Source: Nemertoderma westbladi (taxonomy: Eukaryota > Animalia > Xenacoelomorpha). From it: a stretch of DNA of 64,000 bases. Made by a program: the position numbers and the translations under genes. The notes below the pieces were generated by a model that saw nothing but the letters and a program-made list of their open reading frames with translations, was not told the DNA's origin and ran no database searches. The stretch is from contig JAUCBJ010001223.1 of NCBI GenBank assembly GCA_032718475.1, forward strand, positions 78,300-142,299. Reading direction: 5' to 3'. Below are positions 38,483 through 53,200 of the stretch, one piece after another. Each line of letters starts with the position of its first letter. Position 1 is the stretch's first letter.

Positions 38483-40329
38483 AGCATGGATGATTATGCT
38501 ACATATTAATTATGGAGTTAGGGCCTACATGGCTGATTTCGAACAGAGGCGGCCGAATCTACAGGTCGTGTGGGCCGATATATGTTTGAGATGTAAAGTA
38601 ATACATTACACTAACATGGTAAAAAAATTTTCTTAAACTTCTATAATTTGGAATCCTGCCTGCCCCCCACTGAGATAAGAGTAAATACAGCGCGCCTGAA
38701 AGGTTATCAATATGCTAATCAGTGGACCTACCGTGTAACTAAATAAAAAATTACCATTAATTCAACCTGTTTAATGGCGCCTACAAAAGTTTATCAAAAA
38801 TAACAAATACAATTAATTATTTACAATTGAAATGTTGGAATCAAACAAAATCATTATTTTGACTTCCAATCCCATCTAAATAGAGGAAAGTCAGTGCGTT
38901 TGATTGGCTGTCTAATGTTACAAGAATCCGTTCGCATTGGTACTCCATTAATTCATTATCTATTGACACTTTGTACCTGAGGACAGCGCATTTACTTTGC
39001 GTTGCTCGTAGCTCATGGCCTGAGTTCGCGGCATCAAACTTTGTCCATTTCTTCACCTTTGCTAATTAAGGATTCCCAGTTGGCACTCTAGGATTGACTA
39101 GTATGGGTTGGAAAAGTAGCATTAGCTCAAGGCTACACTATATGCTGCACTAATTTCCGCCGCTATCCATTTTAATCAGCATGCCCCACACGTATTCTAT
39201 ACACGGTAAAACTGCAGGAACTTTTTATATTTCCTATTTATGTCAACCTTGTAAATATCAAATTACTCACGCCCTATTATAAAACACATGAGGGTTCATG
39301 GAGATGACATGTGGAGGCATTTCTTAGATTAGAGTCTCATGACTTAGGGCTATGGTCACATTACAGTTTCACTCATGGCCTTCTTAACACCATCCAAAAA
39401 AATACTCTAACACACATAAACATATCCAAGCCTGTACCGATCCGTCGGTAAATTAAATAACAGACTTTCCTACTGAGAATCAAACCTGGGCCTTTTTATA
39501 TGTAAGATGTAACTTTCTGTATTAACTTTGTTTTAATTTCACTTTAGTATTTATTTATTATATTATTATACTGGCACTACAGTACTGACTACTTACTGTA
39601 TTCAAAACTGTCAATTTGTTAACTAAATGAAGAGACGAAAACCCACGAGCAGCAGTGCGATATCTCATCACGGTAAAATGTCACAATGGAAAGACTCTGT
39701 TTAGGTATGAACGACTTTTGAGTCATTGTTACTGATAGCATGTGTAAAGGATATTGTTGAAACTATCGAATTGAGTACAGTAATTAAGAACTGGGTTTCT
39801 TTAAAAAAAAAACGTATATAGAATTAAATTCAAATAATTAAAACGATGATATTTGTTCAATTGAAATTTGTTGTGAACGTTTATAAAGTAGGCCTACTGT
39901 GGGGCGAGACACGAATGGCGAGCCATCAGCGAACTGATATAATTATACTATGGCCGTTTTTCAAAACTCTCTGTGTGTGTGTGTGTGTGTGTGTCGGAAG
40001 CCATAAATGTCGGAAGCCATAATCTAAATTAATATCTTCAGCTAAATTGTATGGTTGAGTCATTTTGAACGGTCTCTCCATGGAAATTAATGATTTAGCA
40101 CCATACGATTAAAGTTATTTTGCACAGAAATTAGATATCTGGAATCCATGTACCCCATTCCATTATAGTTTTTTATTTTTTCAAGTGATTTGCGTTAATA
40201 AAGGTATTTTTCATTGATTTAAACATAATTAACATTGTAAATTCATACGCTGATTCCATTCTCCCCCATTAGAGCCTAAGGCATGGCAAGGGCAGCCGTG
40301 CCCAATAATATTTCTTGAAGTTGTACATT

Positions 40330-43300
40330 ACTAACACGTTGTGGGGTCTTCGAGCAGCACGTGTTAAAATGTTCAATGACTGAGCAGCGACTAATTAACA
40401 AATTTATGAGGGATTCATTGACCAGCTACAGACAGATCAATATTGTAACATATATTTTAGTTTAATGTTTGATTCAATTAAAGGCACAAATTAAAAAGGC
40501 TGCAAATATATTGGGGTGAATAATTAAATTAGTCACCCATTAAAAGGTAGCCAATTATAAGTTGCAATCTATATAAATTTTTAAATTCAGTAGTGTGCGT
40601 GTGTTGTGTATTGATTCCGTAGATTTCATGTTGAAATAGCGTTCATTAACTTAATTTCTATTTAATTATTCAGGCATACTAATACCCACTTTAAATTAGT
40701 TCGTGTGTGTTAAGTGTGTAAGATTTGATTGTTTTGGCACGAACCCATTAGGGCACAGAAACTGACGGATTCTTCGCGAATCTCGCAAACGTCGCGAATT
40801 TCGCAAACGTCGCAAACTTCGGTAATTTTTTCTACAATTTTGACTCCTTAAGCAAAAGTGTCCCGAATGAGTTTTTTAACTTTTATTTCTTTGTGATTTT
40901 GATTGCTTTTTTATATTAGTGAATGTTCTAGAACCTTAGTAGATTTTTTATGGTATATAGCTAGTATTTTTTACTAGCTAGTAATTTTTGGAAATTATTT
41001 TGGTCATTAATATATTCTTCAACAGTTTAACCTGAAATATCATGGACTTTCACATTTTTTATAATTTCTAAAAATACTAGCTAGCAAAAAACACTACCGG
41101 TAGCTATCATAAAGAACATATCTACTAATGTTCTAGAACTTTCACCAATAACAAAAAAATTTAAAAACTCTAAAAAAGGATTGGTGAAGAATGGCTGGGG
41201 TGTCGACAGGGCGAAGTAGGGACCGTGTTGCTTAACCCCTTAGAGCCTATGACGTCCAGTGCATGTCACCATGGACAACACTAAGACATGCAGTGGACGT
41301 CATGCTGCAATACATGTTTTATTGGAAGGCTCTTGGTCTAGGTATACTGGTGGATAGTATTAAAGACATTTAGTGCTCTTCATGGCAAAAAATCCATTCT
41401 GTACTGTAGATAGGATAGGCTTTATTGTAGACTGTATTATCAATGTTAGGTATATGGCGTAATGCCAACCACAGTACAGTAGTACAGACTGACAGTAAGA
41501 CCGACAGACAGACAGACTGGATTTATGTAAACGTGTAAACTGACATCAGAAATGAAATCAGCAACCCTTAACACCCCCATAACGAGAATGTTAGTTAGTT
41601 TGTATTCTTTTTAAAGTTTTGACAGACTGACTGACTGACAGAAAGACCGACAGTCCGACAAACTAGATTAATGTAAACCTGAAAACTGACATCAGAAATG
41701 AAATCAGCACCCCTTAAAACCCCCATAGCGAGAATGTTAGTTAATTTGAATTATTTTTTATGTTTTGACAGACTGACTAACAGAATTACCGACAGACAGA
41801 CAGACTAGATTTATGTAAACGTGAAAACTGACATCAGAAATGTAATCAGCACCCCTTAAAACCCCCACAGCGAGAATGTTAGCGACACGTTTTAATTATT
41901 AACCATATTTCGTAAGATATATTTCATCATCGTGTCTGCACGGTATTTCACATAGCGCCCCATTTGGTGATCTCCAGTGAATGTTTGGATTTGACCTGAC
42001 CAAATTGGTTTACTACGGAAGATCCGCAGTGGGCACACCTGAGCGGGTGTGGGCCACTCGGACTAGGACTTTGTAATTGTTTTGCAAATATTGGGACCAT
42101 GCATTTTCTAACTTACAGGTTTCGTTGCATTGCTTGGATCAAACTTATCCTGTATTCTATAATGCGTGGTATTTTACTCTCCGACATCGGTAGAGGTGAA
42201 GAGGTGTGTTGTTGGTCTGCCTCTGCGTCATTGGGGCGGGGGGGGAGGGGGGGGGGGGGGGTGTATTGGGGCAAGTGTCAGATTCATCTATTCGTGTTGA
42301 TGGTTGGTGAGGATTCTACTTCTGGCTAGGTCTGGCCTAGAGTAGAAGCAGTTCCGCGGCAATAATAATATTGCTCCTCAAAAGAGGGCCCTTACTGCAT
42401 CAGGGACGCGTTTTTCGACAGAGCCCCGTCAGCTGAAACAGCCAGTGCCGCTAGTCGGTGGGGTTGACTTGTTGACGAGAGGCTATTATGAGGCGCAATG
42501 GGATACGCATTGCGTATCTCCTTCTGTCAACCAATACTGGCCTAAGATATATTTTTAAACATTTATTTATTAATAATGCAATAACTGAATAACCAGATAA
42601 CGGAAAGACAAATCGAATTGAAACTTTTAATTACTAATAATAATTGTGGTGAGAGGTGATTGGAAATCAAGCATATATGTTATGTTATGGTAGGCACAGG
42701 CAAATGAATTGATGTCTGTTGAGATGTATTGAAGGAGCACTATTCCTTCTACTAGACTACTACAGGTTAGGCCATGTCCTTGTGTGCTAGCCTAGGCACT
42801 GGCTTGGTCAATGACTTTAGCTTTAGCTGCCATTTTAGTAATGTACAACTTCAAGAAATATTATTGGGCACGGCTGCCCTTGTTCATGCCTTGTTGTCAC
42901 ACACACACATACACACACAGAGACTTTTGAAAAACGGCCATAGTATAATTACAGTATATCAGTTCGCTGATGGCTCGCCATTCGTGTCTCGCCCCACACA
43001 AAATACGCATTCACGCAAACAAACAAGTAAAATTAGCCTCGAGATAGCGATAGTTTATGTGCTCGGGAAGAGAGCTTTCGATCATTTGCTCAGATTGGTG
43101 CTCGTGTGTCGGAGCGTATAGCTTGGACAGACTCATAGACTCACAGACAGACAATGCATATTTATATATAACACTAGAAACCTTCTAGTTCACAAGCTTC
43201 TATACAGTCAATCAATCAATGGACAATATCAAACATAAATAAATTAATTAATTAACTTAACAAAACTTTACATAAGTGAGCATTCTCTCAAACAAACAGA

Positions 43301-46260
43301 CTGATGCCGCTTTAGTTGCAGCTACATACAATAATAAACAACATAAGGCTTTATGTTGTAATAGATAAATAATAAAATGGGAAAAGGTTTAAACTGTGTG
43401 ATATTTTCCCCTTAGTGGAAAACTGTATAACTGCAGAGTAGTAGTTAGCGTCCTCGCAAACATAACCTATAGTGCAGTAGGTCACTGCAGCAACTCTATC
43501 GTATTAAAATGGAAGGTTGTAATTTCAGACATTTCGCCCCCTAGTGACAGACTGCCTGCCAAGTGCCAAGTATCAGCAAAAAAGCATTCATAAACAACAA
43601 AATTGTAGGTTTCCTCATTCAGACATTTCATCCCCTAATAGCGGCAGACTGGGGAACTGTAGATTGGTCATCGTCTCCCCAAGCCCAAATACACACCCTT
43701 ACGGTGTAGTATACTCTGCTTGGTATCAGCAAAAAAAACATTATAAACATATTGTGTAAAGGACCTAAGTATCAGCTAAAAATCATTATTAATAACAAAA
43801 TAGGATAAGATTTTCACTTTCAGACATTTCGCCTCCTAGTGGCAGACTGAAGAACCGCAAACTGGTCGGCGTCCTCCCAACACGCAGCTATGGTCTGGTA
43901 GAATTTATTCTGCAAAGTGTCAGCAGAGTGGTTACGATGATGCTGTTATAATTTCCTGCTTGCTGATCAGTAATTTCTCAGATAACAAAACAACTGCAGA
44001 ATAATGCAATTTTACCTCAAGACGCATTCATGCAAGTATCAAGTAAATGTGTAAAATAATCAGCCTCGAGATAGCCTTTACAATTCATGTTCACGGGCTC
44101 AGGATGGTCTGCATCATATAGATGAACGCACATGATAGAGTCAAGATCCAACTTGTAGGATGACGGACTGACGACCTGCTAGGCCTACCTCGCTAGCACC
44201 CATCCGGTACATTGCAAAATTGAATAATTGAATCATTTTGTGTTTATGATTATAAACAATATGTGAACTGAAAAAAGCTAATCTAAGATTCACTGCTGGT
44301 TCTTACCAATGTAAGTCAAGAACCAATCACAGTAGATCCTCTCCGCTCTCCTGCTGGGTCCTATTTATTGAGATTACTACTTAACCAACCCAGCCTGCTG
44401 CAGGCCACCTATGATTGGTCTGCAAGTAGCTAGCTGCCTTGCTAACCGATGTATCATTCGCTCAGATTGGTGCTCTTTAGCTGAATATATTAATTTAGAT
44501 TATGGCTTCCGACATTTATGGCTACCGACACACACACACGTCACACACACACACACAGACTTTTGAAAAACGGCCATAGTATAATTATATCAGTTCGCTG
44601 ATGGCTCGCCATACGTGTCTCGCCCCACATGGCAAGCTAAAGTCATTGACCAATCCAGTGCCAAGGCTAGCACACAAGGACATGGCCTAACCTGTAGTAG
44701 TCTAGTAGAAGGAATAGCGCTCCTTCAATACATCTCAACAGACATCAATTCATTTGCCTGTGCCTACCATAACATAACATTTATCCTTGATTTCCAATCA
44801 CCTCTCACCACAATTATTATTAGTAATTAAAAGTTTCAATTAGGTTTGTCTTTCCGTTACTGTATCTGGTTATTCAGTTATTGCATTATTAATAAATAAA
44901 TGTTTTAAAATATATCTTACGAAATATGGTTAATAATTAAAACTTGTCGCTAACATTCTCGCTATGGGGGTGCTGATTACATTTCTAATGTCAGTTTTCA
45001 CGTTTACATAAATCTAGTCTGTCTGTCTGTCGGTCATTCTGTTAGTCAGTCTGTCAAAACATAACAAATGATTCAAATTAACTAACATTCTCGCTATGGG
45101 GGTTTTAAGGGGTGCTGATTTCATTTCTGATGTCAGTTTTCAGGTTTACATAAATCTAGTCTGTCTGTTTGTCGGTCTGTCGGTCTTTCTGTCAGTCAGT
45201 CAGTCTGTCAAAACTTAAAAAAGAATACAAACTAACTAACATTCTCGTTATGAGGGTTTTAATGGGTGCTGATTTCATTTCAGATGTCAGTTTTCACGTT
45301 TAATAAATCTAGTCTGTCTGGCTATCGGTCTTTCTGTCAGTCAGTCTGTCAAAACTTAAGAAAGTATACTAACTAACCAACATTCCCGCTATGGGGGTTT
45401 TAAGGGTTGCTGATTTCATCTCAGCCATTTTTCACCATTCCTTTTTTGGAGTTTTTAAATTTTTTTGGGATTGGTGAAAGTTCTAGAACATTAGTAGATA
45501 TGTTTTTTATGATAGCTACCGGTAGTGTTTTTTTGCTAGCTAGTATTTTTAGAAATTATAAAAAATGTGAAAGTCCATGATATTTAAGGTTAAACTGTTG
45601 AAGAATATATTAATGACCAAAATAATTTCCAAAAATTACTAGCTAGTAAAAAATACTAGCATTAAACTATAAAAAATCTACTAAGGTTCTAGAACATTCA
45701 CTAATATAAAAAAGCAATCAAAATCACAAAAAAAATAAAGGTTAAGAAACTCATTCGGGACCCTTTTGCTTAAGGAGTCAAAATTGTCGAAAAATTCCCG
45801 AAGTTTGCGAAATTCGCGAAGAATCCGTCAGTTTCTGTGCCCTAATGGGTTCGTGCCGAAACAATCAAATCTTACACACTTAACACACACGAATTAATTT
45901 AAAGTGGGTATTAGTATGCCTGAATAATTAAATAGAAATTAAGTTAATGAACGCTATTTCAACATGAAATCTACGGAATCAAGACACAACACACGCACAG
46001 TACTGAATTTAAAAATTTATATAGATTGCAACTTATATTTGGCTACCTTTTAATGGGTGACTAATTTAATTATTCACCCCAATATATTTGCAGCCTTTTT
46101 AATTTGTGCCTTTAATTGAATCAAACATTAAACTAAAATATATGTCACAATATTGATCTGTCTGTAGCTGGTCAATGAATCTCTCATAAATTTGTTAATT
46201 AGTCGCTGTTCATTCATTGAACATTAGAACACGTGCTGCTCGAAGACCCCACTACGTGTA
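40330..46260. repeat. Large imperfect inverted duplication built from Helentron-like repeats (arms ~40330-42810 and ~44640-46260)
   Basis: 40330-41195 vs 45420-46260, 41490-41920 vs 44915-45420 and 42545-42810 vs 44640-44915 are reverse complements; ~130-bp tandem units with (GACA)n. Confidence 0.8.
41925..42542 (-). mobile_element. Short non-autonomous retroposon (RTE-like tail) with a 12-bp TSD
   Basis: TSD TAAGATATATTT at 41913-41924 and 42543-42554; absent from the opposite arm; minus strand starts GGCCAGT and ends GATGATG. Confidence 0.7.
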
Positions 46261-46788
46261 GCCTACTACTTCGTTTTAAAAATTAATACTTAGTTAAAAT
46301 GTACTCCTTACCAGACTGAGAACAATTGTCAAACTACATTAAGATTTCAACTACAGTACTTCCTGACAATGATTTATCACAATTCACAAATACATTATAT
46401 TTAAATGAAGTTGCTTTGTACAGAAGTATCCCACTTCAAATAACAGTTGCAACAGCAAATTGAAACCAGTCGTTGGTTTGTGCCATAGTCCTCACAGTAA
46501 ACACTTGTATGTTTTGTAAACTAAACGTTTCTCGCTCTGTGGGGCGAGCCACTTAGTAAGCGTAGCCTTAGCTTATGGTTATAATTATTAGTCTATGGTG
46601 TCTGCCTTTCTGTCGGTGGGTCTGTCTGTTGTCTAATTTTCATAAGATTCCCATTAAGTTGCTATGTATGTATCCACCTGAGCTAAAACTTGGTATGTGA
46701 GTCGTCATTTTGTTGTAAAAATGGCTGGTGTCGTCATTTTGTTGTAAAGACGGCTGTGAGCCGTCATTTTGTTGTAAAGACGGCTGTG

Positions 46789-47241
46789 TGTCCTGAGCAA
46801 CGCAGCCCTATTACTATAGTCAGCTGGTATTTCAGGCGTATAACGCAGCCATTACACAATAACATACACCGTAGGAAAAACATGACCGAGTTTGCTAACT
46901 TCCGATAACATTTACATTTAATTCCTTCGTTACATTAACATCGTATAATAAGCTGGTAAAAAACTTGTAAAGTTAGGCCACTGGTTCACAGCGTCCTGGG
47001 TACATTATGACAGACAATCCTATGTAGTCAGTATGTACATTATGACAAATAATCCTGTAGTCCTAAGTGCTGCATTAATAAGCAGTAAGCTAGCTACATG
47101 CTATTGATGTTAGTACTGTACCGGTACATTAAGACAAGTCTGAAGTCATTATGTTACTGTAGTATGGCATTTATCTGTATAACGTTTATGTCCGTTAATA
47201 TAGCTTATGTCCATTAATATATATAACTTATGTCCATAACA
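46789..47241 (-). repeat. 3' LTR
   Basis: Direct repeat of 54241-54693; no difference noticed by eye. Confidence 0.95.
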
Positions 47242-47279
47242 CTCCCCACTCGGCATCTGCCGCTTCCATAATTTCAAGT

Positions 47280-50200
47280 CTATATGCGACCAGTGTTGAA
47301 ATCATTAGATCCATTATTATATGCCGCCGCTGGGGAAACCTCGGGATCATGTGGGATGAGGAGAACCAACTCATGTATAGGACGATCATAGCATGGTTTC
47401 TTTATTTCACCCTTAGCAGTTGATTTGGGTACTGCAATAGTTGCAGAGCGAACCAGGTTATCATCACCTTTCTTCACGGCAGTCACTCTCCCGGTTGGCC
47501 AGTTATTTCTATGTTTCGTTTTGTCTCGGATCAGAACAATATCTCCAATCATAATTGAACGTTTTGGATTTTTCCACTTCATCCGTCTCTGTAACAGTTG
47601 AAGGTAGTCATTGCGCCACCTTATCCAGAATTGATCAACCAGATACTGTACTCGTCTCCAACGATATTTCCCATAGGCCAGCTGATCTTGATCGGAGAAA
47701 CAAGTTGTAGAGATGGAATCATCCTTCAAAGTCAATATCATATTGGGAGACAATGGTTGGGGGTCATCTGGACTGGAAGAAACTTCCCATAATGGGGTAG
47801 AGTTTACTACTGCAGCGCTTTCAACAATTACAGTATGTAGCTCATCGTATGTCAATAATCGTGGTTCAGAGAGTAAGATTGTGGCGTCAAGGACACGCCT
47901 TATGCAACCAATCTTGCGCTCCCAAACTCCACCAAAATGGCTGGAGTGTGGAGGGTTGAAATTCCAATCAATACCAATTGAGTTGAGATCTTTTATAACT
48001 GCATCGATATCAACTTCATTGTCATCTTGGTTGTGAGCACCAATGAAATTGGAGCCTTGATCACTACGGAGGAGGACACAAGCTCCCCTGATGGCTAGGA
48101 ACCTATGAAAAGCATTCTTAAATGCTGTTGTGTCTAAAGCTGGAAGGAGCTCAACATGAACTGCCCGTGATACTAGGCAAGTTAAGAGAAGCGCCCATAT
48201 CTTTCTGATACCTGTGTTACTTCGAGTAGTGCGCCCATTTGCAACCTTCCATGGCCCAAAAACATCAATGCCAGTATTGGTGAAGGGAGCAACACGAGAG
48301 ACTCGATCTAATGGGAGGTTGGCCATCTTCTGTACACAAAAGGACCCTCTAAGTTTCTTACAAATGATACAACTCTTTATTATTTCTCTTATAAGTTTAT
48401 TACCATCTTCAATATGAAAACCATTTTGACGAATCATCCCATGAGTAATATGTCGGCCCTGGTGAAAGACTCTGGTATGGTAGTATGTCACGATTACTCC
48501 AGCTATTGGATGATCTTTAGGTATGAGGTAAGGGTGTCTGGAGTCGAATGGGACATCAGAGTTCTTTAACCTACCTCCAACCAGTAATGTCTTAGATCCA
48601 TTAAGAAAAGGGGACAACTCCAGAATTTTACTGGATTCTGCTATAGTTGATCCAGTTGATAAATGTTTTATCAGTTCTGGGTAACTCTGATATTGTGCAT
48701 CATGCACTAGAGCATTGACAGCATCACTATCGCCGATGGTTTGAGAATTGTTATTACCTTCTGCTATTTTCTTAGTCATTAGTTTACATGCCATTAGTAC
48801 ATACTTGGCCACATTGATCACAGTCTTCCATTCGCTGAAACGTTTATAGACATTGTCAAAAATTCCTTGGCGTTTGTGTGTAATCAATACTTTACCAACC
48901 TCTATTAATGGTTTGCACTCTGGTAAATCATCAACGTCTAAAGCAGTATAAGGATATGGAATTTTTGTAGGATACCTTGCAGACTTCAACACTCTTGGGC
49001 CTGTCAACCATGTACTCTTCGGATCAGTTAATGACTTTGGATCAGTGGGTCGTGTAGCTCTATCGGCAGGGTTATCGCCAGTTGGGACATATTCCCATTG
49101 TGTAGGCAAGCTAGAGTTTCGTATTATATGTGATCGACGCTCGACATATTTGGAGAACCTCTTGCTATTGTTGTTTATATACCCTAAAACGACTCGGCTA
49201 TCGGTATAGTACCAACTATTGCATGGTTTTTTCTTTAATGCAGAAATAACTGAACATACAGCCATTACCAGTTCAACAGCTGCACAAAGTTCTAAACGAG
49301 GCATGGAAGTGGCTGACTGTGGAGCTACCTTGGCATTTCCTGAAACAAAAGAGATAGAGATTTGATCATCTTCGTTGAATGATCTCAGGTATATCACATA
49401 TCCAATAGCATCTTCAGATGCATCGGAATAGGCATGTATTTCTTGTCTCACTATTTGTCCAAAACCTATAGGTCGAAAACCCCTTGGAATGGATAGGAGT
49501 GGTAATGATTCAAGTGTTTCCTTCCACCTCTCCCATTCAGGTCTGTAAAATGCTGGAAGCTCACCATCCCAGCCACAAGCTTCTAGTTCATTGGAGGTAT
49601 CAGCTTTTTTTGGAATCACCTTCCGCTGAATAAGTCTTCCAGCCAATACAACTGGGCTTGCAATCCCTATTGGGTCAAATATAGAGTTGACTGTGGACAG
49701 AATCCCTCTCTTCGTGAAGGGTCGATCTGGTATATCTACTAAAATGACAAACCTATCTTTTAACACATTCCATGCAACTCCAAGGGTTTTCTGATTAGCC
49801 TCATTTTCAAATGATTTCAACTCAACATGTTCAGAAACAGGGAATGCTTTCAAAATTTCTGATTTTGTTGAGTCTTCAGACCCAAGACCATCATCCACAT
49901 AAAAATGATCATTGATATAGTCCTTTACTGGTGGAGGAGTCTCTTCCGGCATAAGGTCAACAGTCTTTCTGAGACCAATTGTGGCAATAGGGGGACTTGG
50001 ACTATTACCGAATATATGTACAGTGCTTCTATAAGCAACAATAGGTTGTGAAGGGTCATTGTGGTCAAACCAGAAGAATCTCATAAAATCTCTATGATGT
50101 GGAGTGACCTTGAAACAATGGAACATCGATTCCACATCAGCTGTGAAACCAATTTCACCCTCCCTGAACCGGATCAACACATCTCGTAATTGATTATTCT

Positions 50201-53200
50201 GGTCTGGCCCCTTTAGTAATTCTTTATTCAGGCTTGTGCCAAAATATGAAGCCGAGCTATCAAATACTACCCGAACTTTATCTTTTTTCGGTTGTGTAAC
50301 AGCAAATACAGGAATGTACCATACCTTTCCTGGTATACCATGTAACTGTTCATTAGGAACCTTTTCAAACTTTCCGCTGTTAATGCATTTGCCCATCGAT
50401 TTCAAACATTGATTAAGCTTATTAGGATCAGTCTTGATTTTATTAAGCGTATTACTTGTTCGTTTAAAGACGGGATCATGATTATTTGGGAGATTTGGAT
50501 TTTCTTGTCGAAATGGTAGTGGCAACTGAATACTGCCATCAGCAGTAACTTCTAAATTGGAAAATATTCTGTCATCAAATATATAGTCTTCTATAGATTT
50601 ACCATCACAATCATCATCTTTGAACATAGCAAACACATCATTACGAATGCTTTTGGTTTCCTTATCTTCTGGTAGTAAAATAGGATTCGACATTCCAAAG
50701 GTGAATGATGATGATTGATGTTGGTCAGAACAACAAAACTTTGCCAAGGTTTTGTTTACTATTTTATTTTTACTGATCTTGCCAATAGGACAGGTTTCAC
50801 CAACTAAAGCCCATCGAAGAGGCGTCTCATGAACTATAGGAGCCGTGCTGTTATGTGTCTTTGTTTGCATCAAAGGTCCACAGTTTCTACCTAATAACAT
50901 TAAAGTTTCAGCTTCTTCATCCAATGGCTGAAATTTGAAAGATAAATGTTTGATCTGAGGAAGAGATTCCACCAAAGAAGGAGAGGCTACTTCACCTTTC
51001 GTATCTGGAATCCAATCATTACTAAATAAGCATGGGAGATCATAGTCTGAGGACATTCCAACTCCATTTATTGTTAGCCCTTCTGCTACCATACCACTAA
51101 CCTTGCAATGATGACCACTGAGGGTAGATACTGTATAATCATAGATTGGGGAATGCAACTGAAGGAAGGAAAGCACCTTAGGGTCGATGTAAGAAGAGTC
51201 AGACTGCTCATCAACAATAGCATATACCCGCATTGTTTTCTCTGAAACCTTTGGTGCTTTAATGTCAACGAGGAATGTTTTACCACAGCTTCTGGCGCCC
51301 AAGCCACACAGTGCAGTGCATAATGCTGTCTGGTCCACATTTTCATCAGTCTTCACTCTATTAGATCCCTCACGTTGGTTCTCAGTTGCTGCTGGTGGAT
51401 TTCTGTGCATTGCCGTGGTATGATTTTTCTTTTTGCACTTGCTGCATGTCATTGACCCTTTACAGTTAATACTAAGGTGTTCTCCGAGACAACGATAGCA
51501 TAACCTGCTTTGCTGTGCTAAATGTTTCCTTTCTGGATACGATAGCCTCTCAAAGACTTTGCAATCAATTAGTGAATGACCTGTTTTGTTACAATGTATA
51601 CAAGAAATTGGTGATCTATTATTCTCAGACTTCAGCGAACGTTTGTTATCATGTATGTATATATCATGCTTATTTATGCGTTCCTTTTGACCTAAGAAAT
51701 GATCCTTCTTATATGGTAATGGAGAATTCACCTTTTGAAAGTGGGGACTGCAAATATGTCTCGCAATTGTTGATAAAAAATCGCAAAAGAAAGAAAAAGG
51801 TGGGTGGTAACCTTTATTTTCTTCAAAATACCCTCCCTTGTCTATCCATTTGTTATCAATCCAGTCTGGGAGCTTAGATCTTATTTCGCGAAGTCCAGAA
51901 CCCAGATTGAATTCACTCAACTCTGGGATACTATAAACATTGAGTTCTATTACTCTGCAGAGGTCAGCGAGGTCACGGACCCTGCTAGCTGGATCTCCAC
52001 GTTTTATTGGATGAAAGTTTGTTAATTTGGCCCTTAGCCCAGCTGCAATTTCAGGGCCAGAACCAAATCTTAGCGCCAGCTCTTTCCAAATTGTTTGGAG
52101 TGTTGTAGTAGGATCAGCACTGCTGGCATCGACCAAATTATTGATCAGTTCTAATGGCTTTCCAATAGTATTACTTTTCAAGAATGACATTTTGTCCAGA
52201 GGAGATAATTCTATACCAGTTAGCCTATTTTCAAGGATCATTGCCCATGTACGGAATCTATATGGTTCACCCTTGAATGGCTCTGATGATTTTTCTAATA
52301 ATTCCTTACGAATTAGATATTGAGAAGAGTGGTCAATATAATTGAAGGGAGTTACTGGACTATTAGAACTCATACTAGTATAATTTGGAACAGGGTGCGG
52401 ATATGGCGCTGCACTACAACCAGCTATTGAAACTGGAACCTGGGCCTTTGCTGGTATAAATGGTTCTGCTTGTGTGTATAACCCCCAAGTCACTGTTTTA
52501 TTATCTGCCGATACTCCGGTTGGATTTATATAACTTGTTCCAAAAGGCAATATTGGGGTTTTGTACATTGAAGTGCACACTGGGCTAGACAAAGGGGCTG
52601 AGGGGTGTCTCCCCACTGTAAGGGAAGTACTAGAAATGGCATTAAAGTTAACATTTGCATAAGTAGGAATGCTATTATTTATAAAGGATGGTATATAGTT
52701 TGCACATGAACTGACACTATTGTTATCATTATGGTTATGGTTTAAAGGCATTCCTGTAAGCTGATTTGAATCGCCATATATTGGTTTATTCAATTCTCGC
52801 TGCTGCTCAAGGTAGAGATTTATCCTATGGTTAACTTCAGGGTTAGGGTGTGATCCCTTTGCATTTACTTCATTGACACTGCAACTATCAAATTCAAATA
52901 AGTTAGCCACTCCTGTGATAGGGTTTGTCCCAATCTCAACATTAGATGGATGGGGCACTGTATCGAACATTGTCCCAATCTCTATATCTGAGGGATGGGG
53001 GACTGTATCTAACAAGGTGTTTGCTGGAGGTGTATTAAATTCACACACAGAGGATCGATTATCAATGCTAATTTGAGCAATTGACTGGGTGTCTATGCTT
53101 GATTCTGCTCCAAAACTTTTCCTTTGGTCAGAAAGACCCTTAATTATCTCCCTATAAATTTTAATTTGGGTTTGATAATTTGTGGTTGTTTGCAGCTTTT

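Noticed and set aside
38841-39056. Possible additional exon or small gene in unique-looking sequence
   Set aside because: No recognisable domain or convincing splice sites linking it to the crystallin gene.
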